The notes below the pieces were generated by a model. The model was given only the letters and a program-made list of their open reading frames with translations. It was not told the DNA's origin and made no database searches. Shown here piece after piece: positions 1-11,633 of a DNA stretch of 64,000 bases. A program made the translations under genes and the position numbers. How positions within the stretch are numbered: position 1 is the stretch's first letter; each line of letters begins with the position of its first letter. Source of the stretch: Halomonas salifodinae (GTDB taxonomy: Bacteria; Pseudomonadota; Gammaproteobacteria; Pseudomonadales; Halomonadaceae); assembly GCF_039522585.1 (NCBI RefSeq), contig NZ_BAAADR010000010.1. One strand, written 5' to 3'.

Positions 1-10
1 CAGGCGGCAG

Positions 11-1204
11 GTGGCGCCCCGTGAGGTCCTGCGGCTACGCCACCATGCGCTGCTGCCGGGGCTGATCAACGCCCATAACCATGCCGGCATGAGCCTGATG
101 CGGGGTTATGCCGACGACCTGCCACTGATGACCTGGCTCAACGAGCATATCTGGCCCGCCGAGGGTTCCCTGGTGGATGCCGATTTCGTCGCCGCCGGGA
201 CGCGCCTGGCCTGTGCCGAGATGCTGTGCAGCGGCACCACCACCTTCGCCGATATGTACCTGGCCCCCGAGGCGGTGGCCGAGGTCGCCGACGAAATGCG
301 GATGCGGGTCCAGCTGTGCACCCCGCTGATCGACTTCCCCACTTCCTGGGCCGCCGACTTCGCCGAGGGCCTGGAACGCACCCAGGCACTGATCGAGCGC
401 TACGCCGAGCATCCCCGGGTGCATCTGGCCCTGGGCCCCCACGCCCCCTATACGGTGGGTGACGCCAGCCTGGCCAGGCTGGCCGAGGCCCGGGAGCGCT
501 GGGGGTTGCCGATCCAGATGCATGTCCACGAGACCCGCGACGAGATCGACCAGGCCCTGGCCCGGGATGGCCGCCGCCCATTGCGCCGGCTCTTCGAGGC
601 CGGCCTGCTGGGCCCCCACTTCCAGGCGGTGCATATGACTCAGGTGGATGATGATGACCTGGCGCTGCTGGCCGAGACCGATACCCGGGTCATCCATTGC
701 CCCCAGTCCAACCTCAAGCTGGCCAGCGGCTTCTGCCCGGTGGCACGGCTCCAGTCGGCCGGCATCACCGTGGGCCTGGGTACCGATGGCGCCGCCAGCA
801 ACAATGACCTGGATCTGTTCGACGAGCTGAAGAGTGCCGCCCTGCTGGCCAAGGGGGTGAGCGGTGATGCCGCCGCCCTGCCCGCCATGGCGGCCCTGGC
901 CATGGCCACCCGCGACGGTGCCCGTGCCCTGGGGCTGGACGACCACCTGGGCCAACTGCGCGAAGGCTTCGCGGCGGACCTGGTTGCCGTGGACCTGGAA
1001 CACCTCAATACCCTGCCGGTGCATCATCCCGCCTCGGCGGTGGTCTATGCGATGCACAGCCACCAGGTGAGCCATGTCTGGGTGGCCGGGCGCCCCCGCC
1101 TCGTCGAGGGGAAATTTATCGATATCGAGCCGGACACCATTCGCGCCGCCACCGAGCATTATCGGCGGCGCCTGGCGTCCCTGCCCGCACAAGGAGAGAG
1201 TTGA
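11..1204 (+). CDS. mtaD: Amidohydrolase of the MtaD / TRZ-ATZ family (5-methylthioadenosine/S-adenosylhomocysteine deaminase-like). The N-terminus probably lies before the window start.
   Basis: Metal-binding HxH motif ([10 protein letters not shown]). Family-typical length. Stop overlaps the ubiG RBS, and the mtaD-ubiG-mupP synteny matches Pseudomonas. Confidence 0.75.
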   Translation: MAPREVLRLRHHALLPGLINAHNHAGMSLMRGYADDLPLMTWLNEHIWPAEGSLVDADFVAAGTRLACAEMLCSGTTTFADMYLAPEAVAEVADEMRMRVQLCTPLIDFPTSWAADFAEGLERTQALIERYAEHPRVHLALGPHAPYTVGDASLARLAEARERWGLPIQMHVHETRDEIDQALARDGRRPLRRLFEAGLLGPHFQAVHMTQVDDDDLALLAETDTRVIHCPQSNLKLASGFCPVARLQSAGITVGLGTDGAASNNDLDLFDELKSAALLAKGVSGDAAALPAMAALAMATRDGARALGLDDHLGQLREGFAADLVAVDLEHLNTLPVHHPASAVVYAMHSHQVSHVWVAGRPRLVEGKFIDIEPDTIRAATEHYRRRLASLPAQGES

Positions 1205-1205
1205 G

Positions 1206-1985
1206 ATGCCGCACACAGCCGATGTCGGCGACTACCGCCATAATAGCGATGCCGCCGATACCAGCGATGCCGGCGACTACCGTGGTAACGTCGATGCCGC
1301 CGAAATCGCCAAGTTCGAGGCCCTGGCCAGCCGTTGGTGGGACAGCGAGGGGGAGTTCAAGCCCCTCCACGAGATCAACCCATTGCGGCTGGACTTCATC
1401 GATGCCCGGACCCGCCTGGCCGGCAAGTCGGTGATCGACGTGGGCTGCGGCGGCGGCATCCTGGCCGAGGCCATGGCCCATCGCGGCGCCCGGGTCACCG
1501 GCATCGACATGGGCGAGGCGCCGCTGGCGGTGGCCCGGCTGCATCTGGCCGAGAGCGACGCGGAGGTGGACTACCGTCGGGCCAGCGCCGAGGAGATGGC
1601 CGCCGAGGCCCCCGGCCGGTATGACGTGGTCACCTGCCTGGAGATGCTCGAGCATGTCCCCGACCCGGCGGCGGTGGTACGCGCCTGCATGACCCTGGTC
1701 AAGCCCGGTGGCGATGTCTTCTTCTCCACCATCAATCGCAACCCCAAGGCCTATGCCTTCGCCATCCTCGGCGCCGAGTATGTGCTGCGGATGCTGCCCA
1801 AGGGCACCCATGACTACCGCAAGTTTATCCGCCCCGCCGAGCTCTCCCGCTGGGCCCGGGAGGCGGAGCTCAAGGTGTGCGAACAGAGCGGCCTGGTCTA
1901 CAACCCGCTGACACGTCGCTACCGCCTCGACCCTCGCGATGTCTCGGTCAACTACCTGATGCACTGCCGCCGGGAGGTTGAATGA
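1206..1985 (+). CDS. ubiG: Ubiquinone biosynthesis O-methyltransferase UbiG.
   Basis: Conserved [14 protein letters not shown]...[14 protein letters not shown] segment and a SAM-binding [13 protein letters not shown] motif. RBS AAGGAGAG precedes the ATG at 1206. The N-terminus carries a 14-aa in-frame tandem duplication. Confidence 0.9.
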   Translation: MPHTADVGDYRHNSDAADTSDAGDYRGNVDAAEIAKFEALASRWWDSEGEFKPLHEINPLRLDFIDARTRLAGKSVIDVGCGGGILAEAMAHRGARVTGIDMGEAPLAVARLHLAESDAEVDYRRASAEEMAAEAPGRYDVVTCLEMLEHVPDPAAVVRACMTLVKPGGDVFFSTINRNPKAYAFAILGAEYVLRMLPKGTHDYRKFIRPAELSRWAREAELKVCEQSGLVYNPLTRRYRLDPRDVSVNYLMHCRREVE

Positions 1986-2073
1986 GCCCCTTGAGTCGCG
2001 CCCTTTGCTACGATCGCTTGGATGCCCGGGACGTCTCGGTGAATTATCTGATGCACTGCCGCCGGGAGGCGCC

Positions 2074-2739
2074 GTGACCGTGAGCGCCCTGCCCCGTGGC
2101 CTGCTCTTCGACCTGGATGGCACCCTGGTGGATACCGCGCCGGACCTGGCCCGGGCCACCAATGCCCTGCGCACCCACCATGGCCTGGCGGCCCTGCCCT
2201 TCGAGACGATCCGCGCCCAGGTCTCCAACGGCGGCAGCGCCCTGGTGACCCTGGCCCTGGGCCTGGCCCTGGAGGCGCCGGGGCACGGCGAGGCAAGGCA
2301 GTTCCTGCTCGACGCCTATGCCCGGGACCTGGCGACCCATAGCCGCCTGTTCCCCGGGCTGCAGCGGCTGATCGACCACTGGAGCCAGGCGCCGCGGGCC
2401 TGGGGCATCGTTACCAACAAGCCCCGCGCCTACACCGAGCCCCTGGTGGCGGCCCTGGGGCTCGATCCCGGCGCCCTGCTGTGTGCCGACGACCTGCCGG
2501 TGAAGAAGCCCGCGCCGGAACCGCTCTGGGCCGCCGCCGAGCGCCTGGGAATCGCCCCGGCGGCGTGCTGGTATATCGGCGATCACCGCCGCGATATGGA
2601 GGCGGCCCGGGCCGCCGGCATGACCGCGGTGGCGGTGGGCTATGGTTACCTGGACGCGACGGACGCCATCGAGGAGTGGCCGGCGGAGTTGCGCTTCGCC
2701 ACCCCCGAGGCCCTGGTTAGCGCCCTGCTCGATCGCTGA
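2074..2739 (+). CDS. HAD-family phosphatase, phosphoglycolate phosphatase/MupP-like (N-acetylmuramic acid 6-phosphate phosphatase).
   Basis: HAD motif I FDLDGTLVDT and motif IV GDHRRDMEAARAAG. GTG start at 2074 preceded by GGGAGG. The earlier ATG at 1978 would add about 32 non-HAD residues. Position downstream of ubiG matches Pseudomonas. Confidence 0.8.
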   Translation: MTVSALPRGLLFDLDGTLVDTAPDLARATNALRTHHGLAALPFETIRAQVSNGGSALVTLALGLALEAPGHGEARQFLLDAYARDLATHSRLFPGLQRLIDHWSQAPRAWGIVTNKPRAYTEPLVAALGLDPGALLCADDLPVKKPAPEPLWAAAERLGIAPAACWYIGDHRRDMEAARAAGMTAVAVGYGYLDATDAIEEWPAELRFATPEALVSALLDR

Positions 2740-2758
2740 TAGGTCAACTACCCAATGC

Positions 2759-2793
2759 AGAACGGGCCCCATGATGGGGCCCGTTCTTGCGTT
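2759..2793. terminator. Rho-independent terminator-like hairpin between the convergent mupP-like and yciK-like genes.
   Basis: gaacgggcccc-atgat-ggggcccgttc stem followed by ttgcgtt. Confidence 0.5.
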
Positions 2794-2892
2794 AGCGTGG
2801 CTCGAGCAAGTTACGCCTTGGGCGGCTGGGCGTCGAAGCCTTGGCCGGTGAGACCGGTGACGCCGCGGCTCTCCTGGCCCATTCAGCCAAAG

Positions 2893-3654
2893 TCAGCCCT
2901 TGGGTGGCTGGGCATCGAAGCGCTGGCCAGTGACCCCGCGGCTGTCCGGGCCCATCAGCCATAGATAGGTGGGCATGATCTCTTCCGGGGTGCGCAGGGT
3001 ATCGGGATCCTCGGCGGGATAGGCACTGCGCCGCATCTGGGTGCGGGTGGCGCCCGGATTGAGGCTATTGACCCGTACCGCGGTGAGGTTCTCCAGCTCG
3101 TCGGCCAGCACTTCCATAAAGCCTTCGGTGGCAAACTTGGAGACCGCGTAGGCGCCCCAGAAGGCCCGCCCCCGGCGCCCCACGCTGGAGGAGGTGAGGA
3201 TCACCGAGGCGTCCTCGGAGGCCTTGAGCAGGGGCAGCAGGGCCTGGGTCATCCAGACCGGGCCATTGAAGTTGACCTGCATCACCTGCTCCCAGAGCTG
3301 GGGGTTGTACTGGTCGAAGGGGGTCAGGCGCCCCAGCAGGCCGGCATTATGCAGGATGCCATCCAGGCGTCCGAACTCCCGCTCCAGGGTCTCGGCCATG
3401 TCCTGGTAATCCTTGAGGGTGGCGCCCTCGAAGTTGAGCGGAAAGATCGCCGGCTGGGGCCCGCCCGCCGCCTCGATCTCGTCGTAGACCTTCTCCAGCT
3501 TGGCGATGGTACGGCCCAGCAGGATCACGGTGGCCCCATGGCGGGCGTAGGCCAAGGCCGCGGCGCGGCCGATACCGTCGCCGGCGCCGGTCACCAGCAC
3601 GATACGCCCCGCCAACAGGTCCGTAGGGGGCCGGTAGTCGATCTTGCAATTCAT
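2893..3654 (-). CDS. Short-chain dehydrogenase/reductase, YciK-like.
   Basis: Rossmann motif TGAGDGIGRA and catalytic YxxxK (YAVSKFA). The MNCKIDY start fits the family length. Confidence 0.8.
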   Translation of the reverse strand: MNCKIDYRPPTDLLAGRIVLVTGAGDGIGRAAALAYARHGATVILLGRTIAKLEKVYDEIEAAGGPQPAIFPLNFEGATLKDYQDMAETLEREFGRLDGILHNAGLLGRLTPFDQYNPQLWEQVMQVNFNGPVWMTQALLPLLKASEDASVILTSSSVGRRGRAFWGAYAVSKFATEGFMEVLADELENLTAVRVNSLNPGATRTQMRRSAYPAEDPDTLRTPEEIMPTYLWLMGPDSRGVTGQRFDAQPPKG

Positions 3655-3667
3655 CGAGGATGACTCC

Positions 3668-4441
3668 TTAGAGGCCGGCGTCGTTGAGGAAGTCACGCCC
3701 CATGACGGCGGCATTGCTGTCCGGGTAGTCGGCGATCAGCCGCTGCAGCAGTTCGCGGCTGGTATCCGGCTGCCCCTGGCGCGCCTTGAGCAGGCCCAGC
3801 TTGTAGAGGGCATCGGGCACCTTGTTGCTCTCGGGGTAGTCGTCCAGCACCGTCTGGAAGGCCGCCGCCGCGGGCTCCAGGCGGGTCTCCGCGGAGTAGA
3901 GCTCGCCCAGCCAGTAGTGGCCATTGGCGGTCAGGTTGGTGTCCGGATAGTCCGCCACGAAGGCCTCGAAGGCGGCGATGGCGGCCGGAAAGTCCCGCGC
4001 CTGGACGCGCTGGAAGGCGGCCTGATAGGCGGCCTGGGCATCGGCACCGGGTGCCGCGCTGCCATCCCCGGCGCTGGCCTCGGCCACCTGGCGGGCCGCC
4101 TCGGCGTCCACCTCCTGGGGGGCCTCGCCGCTGCTGGCCAGCCGCTGCTCCAGATCCAGGTAGCGGGCCTGGGAGTCACGACGCAGCTGCTCCAACTGAT
4201 GGCGAAGCTCCTCCACCTGACCGCGCAACTGCTGGATCTCGCGTTGCTGCTCGTCGAGCTGGTTGAGCAGCATCAGGTTGCCGGAGGCGCCCTCGCGTAC
4301 CTCGGCCTGCTCATAGAAGGTGCGCGAGCGATCCGACAGATCCTCGATCACCGGTTGGGCCAGTACGGAAAGCGGGAGCACCAGGGCTCCCGCACCGCAC
4401 AGTCGGGCCAGACGGCGGCCCCTGTGACTGTGATTCATCAC
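3668..4441 (-). CDS. cpoB: Tol-Pal system protein CpoB/YbgF (TPR).
   Basis: Signal peptide, then a coiled-coil (QQLRGQVEELRHQLEQLRRD) and C-terminal TPR-like repeats. Sits immediately downstream of pal. Confidence 0.85.
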   Translation of the reverse strand: MMNHSHRGRRLARLCGAGALVLPLSVLAQPVIEDLSDRSRTFYEQAEVREGASGNLMLLNQLDEQQREIQQLRGQVEELRHQLEQLRRDSQARYLDLEQRLASSGEAPQEVDAEAARQVAEASAGDGSAAPGADAQAAYQAAFQRVQARDFPAAIAAFEAFVADYPDTNLTANGHYWLGELYSAETRLEPAAAAFQTVLDDYPESNKVPDALYKLGLLKARQGQPDTSRELLQRLIADYPDSNAAVMGRDFLNDAGL

Positions 4442-4454
4442 TCGCTCCTCGGCC

Positions 4455-4982
4455 TCAGTAGGAGAACACCACGCGGCGGTTCTGGGCGTAGGCATCCTCA
4501 TTGTAGCCGCTCACCGCCGGCCGCTCCTCGCCATAGCTGACCACCTCCAGTTGGGAGGGGGAGATGCCCTGCACCGAGAGGAAGCGCTCCACGGACTTGG
4601 CGCGACGCTCGCCCAGGCCCAGGTTGTACTCGCGGGTACCGCGTTCGTCGGTATGGCCCTGCAGCACCACCCGGGCATTGGGGTTATTGCGCAGGTACTG
4701 GGCATGGGCACTCAGCACCGGCTCGAATTCGCCGCGAATGCGCTCGCTGTCATAGTCGAAGTAGATGGTGCGCACGCTGGGAATCCCGGCCTGCTGACCA
4801 TTCTGGTCGCTACCGCCGACCCCGACGCCGCCGACCTGACCACTACCTACCCCACTGGTGCTGGCACCGTCGCGGCTGCCATCCATGGAGCCGTCCTGGG
4901 TGCCGCCCGTGCTGGAACAGCCGGCCACGAAGGCGAGAGAGAGCGCGACGGCCAGGCTCCTGGCATAAGGCTTGAATTGCAT
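4455..4982 (-). CDS. pal: Peptidoglycan-associated lipoprotein Pal (OmpA-like).
   Basis: Lipobox LAFVAGCSS and OmpA-domain motifs (NLGLGERRAKSV, NRRVVF). Confidence 0.9.
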   Translation of the reverse strand: MQFKPYARSLAVALSLAFVAGCSSTGGTQDGSMDGSRDGASTSGVGSGQVGGVGVGGSDQNGQQAGIPSVRTIYFDYDSERIRGEFEPVLSAHAQYLRNNPNARVVLQGHTDERGTREYNLGLGERRAKSVERFLSVQGISPSQLEVVSYGEERPAVSGYNEDAYAQNRRVVFSY

Positions 4983-5008
4983 TTTCCACTCCTTGATGAA
5001 TGACAATA

Positions 5009-6292
5009 TCAGTTCAGAAACGGCGACCATGCGGGCTCCCGCACGTCGCCCTGGGCCGCCGGCAGGCGGAAGGAGGCGCGCCCATCCGCCGACACGGCCC
5101 CTAGTATCCCGGCATTACCCTGCTGGGTGGCGAAGAGTACCATGGCCCCGTTGGGGGCAACACTGGGGGATTCGTCCCAGCGGCCCTCGGTGAGGGTCAC
5201 CAGGCGGTCGGTCTCCAGGTCCTGGCGGGCCACCTGATAGCCCTGGTTGCCGCGATGGATCATGAACAGTGCCTCGCCGTCCGGGCTGACGCGCCCCCGG
5301 GCATTGTAGTTGCCGGTAAAGGTGAGGCGTTCCACCTGGCCACTGGCGAGGTCATAGCGATAGAGCTGGGGACCACCGCTGCGATCCGAGGTGAAGACCA
5401 GGCTGCGGCCGTCCGGGGCAAAGCTGGGTTCGGTATCGATGGCACTGTTGTTGGTCAGCCGCCGGAAGTCGCGGCTGGCGATATCCATCAGATAGATTTC
5501 CGGCTGGCCATCCCGGGACAGCGACATGGCCAGTTGGCGGCCGTCCGGCGACCAGGCCGGGGCGCTGTTGATCCCGGTGAAGGAGCTAGCCCGGACCCGC
5601 TGGCCGCTACCCACGTCCTGGATATAGATGGCCGGGCGTTCGGTCTCGAAGGAGACATAGGCCAGCTTGCCGCCATCCGGCGACCAGGCCGGGGACATGA
5701 TCGGCTGGTCCGAGTCGAGGATCTGCTGGCTATTGCGACCATCGGCATCGGCGATATGCAGGCCATAGCGACGCGCGTCGCCGGCGCCCTGGGCGGTGAC
5801 ATAGGCGATGCGGGTGGAGAAGGCGCCGCGGATGCCGGTGATCGCCTCGAAGATCTGGTCGCTGATGTAGTGGGCGGCGGCGCGCAGGCGCTGTGGGTCG
5901 GCGGTGACCACCTCGCCCAGCTCGCGGCGTTCGCCGTAGACATCGAGGAGCTCGAAACGCACCCGATAGGTGCTGCCCTCGGCCTCGACGTCGCCCACCA
6001 CCAGGTAATCGCTGTCCACGGCCCGCCAGTCGCGATAGTTGACGTCCTCGCTGCGGCTGGGCCGGGAGATCAGCGAGTCGCGGGACAGCGGCTCGAACTG
6101 GCCGCTGCGCGCCAGATCATCGCCGATGATCCGCGCCAGGTCCTCCGGCAGCGCCTCGCCGCCGAAGGGCACGATGGCGATGGGGATGGCGCGGTCGCTG
6201 CCGCGGGTAATCTCGATGGTCAGATTGGCCTGGGCCTGCTGCACGAAGAGCAGCAGGCAGGCCGCCAGCCATAGGCCAAGATAGCGTTTCAT
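5009..6292 (-). CDS. tolB: Tol-Pal system beta-propeller protein TolB.
   Basis: Signal peptide and repeated beta-propeller blades (PAWSPDG...). Position between tolA and pal. Confidence 0.9.
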   Translation of the reverse strand: MKRYLGLWLAACLLLFVQQAQANLTIEITRGSDRAIPIAIVPFGGEALPEDLARIIGDDLARSGQFEPLSRDSLISRPSRSEDVNYRDWRAVDSDYLVVGDVEAEGSTYRVRFELLDVYGERRELGEVVTADPQRLRAAAHYISDQIFEAITGIRGAFSTRIAYVTAQGAGDARRYGLHIADADGRNSQQILDSDQPIMSPAWSPDGGKLAYVSFETERPAIYIQDVGSGQRVRASSFTGINSAPAWSPDGRQLAMSLSRDGQPEIYLMDIASRDFRRLTNNSAIDTEPSFAPDGRSLVFTSDRSGGPQLYRYDLASGQVERLTFTGNYNARGRVSPDGEALFMIHRGNQGYQVARQDLETDRLVTLTEGRWDESPSVAPNGAMVLFATQQGNAGILGAVSADGRASFRLPAAQGDVREPAWSPFLN

Positions 6293-7407
6293 CAGCGGAT
6301 ATCCCCCGGTCGAAATCTCAGATTGAATTGGCGGAACTGGTGCTGTGCCGCCGGCGGCAATTGGCGCATCTCGCGGAAGGGCGCGGCACGCTCGACGGCC
6401 TGCAGCGCCGAGCGATCGAAGCCGGCATCCCCACTCCCGCGCAGGACACTCGCGCCCACCAGTTCCCCGGTGGGCAGGAGATTGAGTTGCAGCGTCGCCT
6501 CCAGGCCATTGACGCTACCCGGCGGAATGATCCAGGCCTGCTCCACCGCGCGGCGCACCAGACTCTGGAAGCCATTGGCCGCCTCCGAGGCCTGGCGCGC
6601 ATTGGCGATGGCCTCCTGCTCGCTCTCGATCAGGCTATCCAGGCTACCATTGGCGGCTTCGGCGGCCCGGCGGGCGGCTTCCTCCTGACGGCGCTGTTCC
6701 TCGGCCTGGCGCTGGCGTTCGGCCTCTTCCTCCTGGCGGCGCTGCTCCTCGGCCTGGCGTTGGCGTTCGGCTTCTTCCTCCTGGCGGCGTTGCTCCTCCG
6801 CCTGGCGCTGGCGTTCGGCCTCTTCCTCTTGACGGCGCTGTTCCTCCGCCTGGCGTTGGCGTTCGGCCTCTTCCTCCTGGCGGCGTTGCTCCTCGGCCTG
6901 GCGTTGGCGTTCGGCCTCTTCCTCCTGACGGCGCTGTTCCTCCGCCTGGCGCTGGCGTTCGGCCTCTTCCTCCTGGCGGCGCTGCTCCTCGGCGGCCTGC
7001 TCCTCACGTAGCCGCGCCTGACGTTCGGCTTCCTCGGCGCGCCGCCGGGCCTCGGCCTGGGCCTCTTCGGCCGCCTGGCGCTGGGCTTCGGCCTCCTCGG
7101 CCACCTGTGCCTGCCGGCGCTCCTGCTCGGCGGCCTGCTCCTGAGCCTGGCGTTCCGCCTCCTGGGCCGCCGCCTCCTCCTCGGCCTGACGGGCCGCGGC
7201 ACGAGCCCGGGCCTCCTGGGCGCGCTGGGCCTGGTCGGTGGCGGTCTCGGTGCTGACCAGGGTGGCCTGGACCACCGTGGCGGAGGGGGGCTCCGTCTTG
7301 GCGCTGGGCACCAGGCTCAGCATGCTCACGGCCACCACCAGCACATGCACGCCGATGGCAAGCAGGGTGGGCAGGCCATAGCCGACACGACTCTCCTTTC
7401 TGGCCAT
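6292..7407 (-). CDS. tolA: TolA, carrying a long charged helical repeat region.
   Basis: N-terminal TM anchor, a highly repetitive E/A/R/Q-rich domain, and a C-terminal TolA domain. Position between tolR and tolB. Confidence 0.85.
   Translation of the reverse strand: MARKESRVGYGLPTLLAIGVHVLVVAVSMLSLVPSAKTEPPSATVVQATLVSTETATDQAQRAQEARARAAARQAEEEAAAQEAERQAQEQAAEQERRQAQVAEEAEAQRQAAEEAQAEARRRAEEAERQARLREEQAAEEQRRQEEEAERQRQAEEQRRQEEEAERQRQAEEQRRQEEEAERQRQAEEQRRQEEEAERQRQAEEQRRQEEEAERQRQAEEQRRQEEEAERQRQAEEQRRQEEAARRAAEAANGSLDSLIESEQEAIANARQASEAANGFQSLVRRAVEQAWIIPPGSVNGLEATLQLNLLPTGELVGASVLRGSGDAGFDRSALQAVERAAPFREMRQLPPAAQHQFRQFNLRFRPGDIR
6690..7010. repeat. In-frame 48-bp tandem repeat array (about 6-7 copies) inside tolA, encoding [16 protein letters not shown] units.
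   Basis: Near-identical 48-nt periodicity is visible in the DNA, and 16-aa periodicity in the translation. Confidence 0.85.
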
Positions 7408-7414
7408 GGCGCCC

Positions 7415-7855
<441 letters not shown>

Positions 7856-7868
7856 GCTGTCGTCTCCG

Positions 7869-8549
7869 TCAGGCCGCCGCGCTCTCGCCGCGACCCTGCA
7901 GGTTACGGTGCAGGATGGAGTGGAACTCCTCGGCGAAATCCTCATACTTGCCGAGCAGGCGGCCGGACTCGGCGGAGAGGCGGTTATAGAAGATCACCGC
8001 CGGGATGGCCGCGAACAGGCCCATGGCGGTGGCGATCAGCGCCTCGGCGATCCAGGGGGCCACGGTGGCCAGGGTCGCCTGCTGGGCCATGGAGAGTGAC
8101 TGGAAGGAGCCCATGATGCCCCAGACGGTACCGAACAGGCCGATATAGGGGCTCGCCGAGGCCACGGTGGCCAGGAACACCAGATGCAGGTTGAGGCGCT
8201 CCTCCTCCCGGGACCAGGCCACCCGCATGCTGCGTTGCACGCCGTCGAGGATCGCCTGGGGGCTCTTGGCCTTGGGCAGCAGGCGATTGAATTCTCGGAA
8301 GCCGGCACGGAAGACGTGCTCGGCGCCCAGGGTCTCCTGGTCGGCGGGGGTCTCGCGATAGAGGTCGTTGAGGTCGACCCCGGACCAGAAGCGCTCCTCG
8401 AAGGCCTTGTGGGCCTTCTTGGCGCGACTCAGCACCAGGCTGCGCTGGAAGATCGCCACCCAGGAGAGGATGGAGCCGAGCACCAGGATCAGCATCACCA
8501 ACTGCACCACGGTGCTGGCATTCATGATCAGGTGGGGAATGGACATGGA
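7869..8549 (-). CDS. tolQ: Tol-Pal system protein TolQ (MotA/ExbB family).
   Basis: Three TM helices and MotA/TolQ/ExbB signatures. Start ambiguous among three in-frame ATGs (8573/8549/8528). Confidence 0.85.
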   Translation of the reverse strand, partial: SMSIPHLIMNASTVVQLVMLILVLGSILSWVAIFQRSLVLSRAKKAHKAFEERFWSGVDLNDLYRETPADQETLGAEHVFRAGFREFNRLLPKAKSPQAILDGVQRSMRVAWSREEERLNLHLVFLATVASASPYIGLFGTVWGIMGSFQSLSMAQQATLATVAPWIAEALIATAMGLFAAIPAVIFYNRLSAESGRLLGKYEDFAEEFHSILHRNLQGRGESAAA

Positions 8550-8566
8550 GTCGTTCACGGGCGTCC

Positions 8567-8986
8567 TCATTGAAACTCGGGGGTTAGGGCCGCGGCCAGG
8601 GCCGCCGGCCAGCGGCGGGGCCGCAGGGTTTGGGCATCCAGACAGGCGATGTCGACACTCGCCTCGCACAGGGGTTCCCCGGCGCGCTGCACCTGCTGGA
8701 TAAAGGTGGCCCGACAGGCGCCCCGCTCGGTGACCCTGGCGGTGGCCACCAGGTCATCATCGAGGTGCGCCGGCTGGGCATAGCGGCACTCCAGGCGATG
8801 TACCACCAGTTGCACGCCCTCGGCAAGCAGTTCCCGCTGGCTATGGCCGAGGCGCCGGAGCCACTCGCTGCGGGCGCGCTCCATGAATTTCAGGTAATTG
8901 ACGTAGTAGACGATGCCGCCGGCGTCGGTGTCCTCGATATAGACCCTGACCGGCAGCCGAAACTCGCTCGTCGGGGCCGGGGTCAT
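8567..8986 (-). CDS. ybgC: Tol-Pal-associated acyl-CoA thioesterase YbgC (hotdog fold).
   Basis: 4HBT hotdog motifs ([24 protein letters not shown]). Located upstream of tolQ. Confidence 0.85.
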   Translation of the reverse strand: MTPAPTSEFRLPVRVYIEDTDAGGIVYYVNYLKFMERARSEWLRRLGHSQRELLAEGVQLVVHRLECRYAQPAHLDDDLVATARVTERGACRATFIQQVQRAGEPLCEASVDIACLDAQTLRPRRWPAALAAALTPEFQ

Positions 8987-10020
8987 GGGCGCACCTCGCC
9001 GCTGGCATCCGGGGTGGCGGAATCCGGCACCAGTTCGAAGTGGGCATAGGCCTGGCGGGTGACTATCCGCCCCCGGGCGGTGCGCATCATCAATCCCTGC
9101 TGGATCAGGTAGGGCTCGATCACGTCTTCGATGGTATCGCGCTCCTCGCCGATGGCGGCGGCCAGGGAGTCGACCCCCACCGGGCCGCCATCGAACTTCT
9201 CGATCATCGCCAGCAGCAGGCGGCGATCCATATGATCGAGGCCATGGTGATCCACATGCAGCATGTCCAGGGCGCGGTCGGCCACCTCGACATCGATCAC
9301 CCCGCGACCGCGCACCTCGGCGAAATCGCGCACCCGGCGCAGCAGGCGATTGGCGATGCGCGGCGTGCCGCGGGCGCGGCGGGCGATCTCGGCGGCACCG
9401 GCGGCATCCGCCTCCACCCCTAGCAGCCGCGCCGAGCGGGCGACGATGCCGGTCAGGTCCTCGATGCCATAGAACTCCAGGCGCTGGACGATGCCGAAGC
9501 GATCGCGCAGCGGCGAGGTCAAAAGCCCCGCCCGGGTGGTGGCCCCCACCAGGGTGAAGCGCGGCAGGTCGAGCTTGATCGAGCGGGCCGCCGGCCCCTC
9601 GCCGATGACGATATCCAGTTGGAAGTCCTCCATGGCCGGATAGAGCACCTCCTCCACCACCGGCGAGAGGCGATGGATCTCGTCGATAAAGAGCACGTCG
9701 CCGGGCTCGAGGTTGGTGAGCATGGCGGCCAGGTCGCCGGGGCGCTCCAGCACCGGGCCGGAGGTGGACTTGATATCGACGTCCATCTCGGCGGCGATGA
9801 TATTGGCCAGGGTGGTCTTGCCCAGCCCCGGCGGGCCGAAGACCAGGGTATGGTCGAGGCTCTCGCCTCGCCCCCGGGCGGCCTGGATAAAGATCTCCAG
9901 CTGTTCGCGCACCCGCGGCTGGCCGATATAGTCCGCCAGCCGCCTGGGGCGAATGGCATGATCCTGGACCAGCTCCCCTCCCTGGGGCACGGCGGCGATC
10001 AGTCGATCATTGTCGAGCAT
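8983..10020 (-). CDS. ruvB: Holliday junction branch migration ATPase RuvB.
   Basis: Walker [12 protein letters not shown] and AAA+ motifs. Overlaps the ybgC start (ATGA). Confidence 0.95.
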   Translation of the reverse strand: MLDNDRLIAAVPQGGELVQDHAIRPRRLADYIGQPRVREQLEIFIQAARGRGESLDHTLVFGPPGLGKTTLANIIAAEMDVDIKSTSGPVLERPGDLAAMLTNLEPGDVLFIDEIHRLSPVVEEVLYPAMEDFQLDIVIGEGPAARSIKLDLPRFTLVGATTRAGLLTSPLRDRFGIVQRLEFYGIEDLTGIVARSARLLGVEADAAGAAEIARRARGTPRIANRLLRRVRDFAEVRGRGVIDVEVADRALDMLHVDHHGLDHMDRRLLLAMIEKFDGGPVGVDSLAAAIGEERDTIEDVIEPYLIQQGLMMRTARGRIVTRQAYAHFELVPDSATPDASGEVRP

Positions 10021-10089
10021 AATGGTTTCCGAACTTGCGGCGCCTAGTCACCCCGAGCCACGGGGGCTGCCATATCCTTGGGTAGCGCC

Positions 10090-10710
10090 CTAGCCCGCCA
10101 GCTTGCGGGTCAGGGCGGCCTTGATCAGGGCCTCGGTGGAGAGGCCACGATCACAGCCACTGAGCATCTTGGCGGCCTCGGCGGGCTTGTAACCGAGGGC
10201 CACCAGGGCGGCCTCGGCATCGGCCAGGGGGTCGCTCCGGGGTGCGGCCTCCTGCCCCGCCGCCGCGGCTTCCAGGGCCTCCAGGCCGCCGCCCGCCTCG
10301 CCGGTCCAGTGGGGGAAGCGGTCGCGCATCTCGATGATCAGCCGCTCGGCGGTCTTCTTGCCCACCCCGGGCAGCCGGGTCAGCGACTTGATGTCGTCCT
10401 CCCGCACGCAGCGCACGAAGGCCGCCTCGTCCATGCCAGAGAGGATCGCCAGGGCCAGCTTGGGCCCCACGCCGTTGACCTTGATCAGGGCGCGAAACAG
10501 CTCCCGTTCCTGGCCCCGGGCGAAGCCGTAGAGCAGGTGGGCATCGTCGCGAATGCTGAGGTGAGTGTGCAGGGAGACCGTCTCCCCCACCGCCGGCAGC
10601 GCCATCTGGGTGGTCAGGGAGGCTTCCAGTTCGTAACCGACGCCGCCGACGTCGACCACCAGCCAGGGGGGCTGCTTCTCCAACAGGGTGCCGCGCAGGC
10701 GTCCAATCAT
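10090..10710 (-). CDS. ruvA: Holliday junction DNA helicase subunit RuvA.
   Basis: MIGRLRG N-terminus and HhH motifs. Confidence 0.95.
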   Translation of the reverse strand: MIGRLRGTLLEKQPPWLVVDVGGVGYELEASLTTQMALPAVGETVSLHTHLSIRDDAHLLYGFARGQERELFRALIKVNGVGPKLALAILSGMDEAAFVRCVREDDIKSLTRLPGVGKKTAERLIIEMRDRFPHWTGEAGGGLEALEAAAAGQEAAPRSDPLADAEAALVALGYKPAEAAKMLSGCDRGLSTEALIKAALTRKLAG

Positions 10711-10810
10711 GCCGTGAGTCGATCCTTGCCAAGACTGGCGACCACTATACTGGCCGCCCCGGAGGCTGACCAGAGGGCAAAATCGTCATCTAGTGTGCAT
10801 CTCTTGCCCG

Positions 10811-11359
10811 TCAGGAGGCGGGGGCATCCGGGTCGAAGGCTCGCCATCCCTTACCGCCGCCGCGGCGGCCGCCATAGCTGCCACGGCTGATCAACCCGAG
10901 GCGCGCATGGGCATGGGTCAGGGCGATGGCCAGGGCGTCGGCGGCATCCGCCTGGGGGGTACCGTCGAGGCCCAGCACGGCGGTGATCATATGCTGCACC
11001 TGGGCCTTGTCGGCGGCGCCGGTGCCGGTCACCGCCTGCTTGATCTGGCGTGGCCCGTATTCGCTCACCGGCAGGCCATGATTGGCGGCGCAGACGATGG
11101 CGGTACCCCGGGCCTGACCCAGCTTGAGGGCCGAGTCGGGGTTCTTGGCCATGAAGACCTGTTCGATGGCCAGCTCCCCCGGGCGATGCACCCCGATCAG
11201 CTCGCTGATGCCGGCATAGATCTGCGCCAGGCGCTGGGCCAGGTCGTCGCCCCGGGTGCGGATGCAACCGCTGGCCACGTAGCGGGGCCGCGTCTCGCCG
11301 ACGTCGAGCACCCCGTAGCCGGTGATCCGCGAGCCGGGATCGATCCCCAGGATCAGCAT
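10811..11359 (-). CDS. ruvC: Crossover junction endodeoxyribonuclease RuvC.
   Basis: [15 protein letters not shown] catalytic N-terminus. Start set at MLILGID. Confidence 0.9.
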   Translation of the reverse strand: MLILGIDPGSRITGYGVLDVGETRPRYVASGCIRTRGDDLAQRLAQIYAGISELIGVHRPGELAIEQVFMAKNPDSALKLGQARGTAIVCAANHGLPVSEYGPRQIKQAVTGTGAADKAQVQHMITAVLGLDGTPQADAADALAIALTHAHARLGLISRGSYGGRRGGGKGWRAFDPDAPAS

Positions 11360-11633
11360 ATCTCGGTGCCTCTGCATATGCCGCTATCTGTCATGCCATC
11401 CTTCCTGGTTTTTACGGGGCTAGCCTGGGGACAGCCCCCGGAAGGCCGGCCCCGCACAAAGACGCTGTAAATCCTTCCCTGGAAGCTCGACTTTATCGTC
11501 CATGATAAAGACGCTTTGCTCTACCCTGCCCCCAGTGTCCCTCAGCCATTCTAGCTGCGATAACCGCGGCCCCCAACGACAGACCGGCGCCTCTGGGGCG
11601 CCGGTATGCTGGTACGTTGCTGGAAGCCTCGCC

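Noticed and set aside
1978-2073. ATG at 1978 as the start of the HAD phosphatase (253-aa version).
   Set aside because: It would add ~32 residues ahead of the DxDGT motif, unlike HAD/MupP orthologs. The GTG at 2074 with its own GGGAGG SD is more consistent. Translation from 1978 cannot be excluded.
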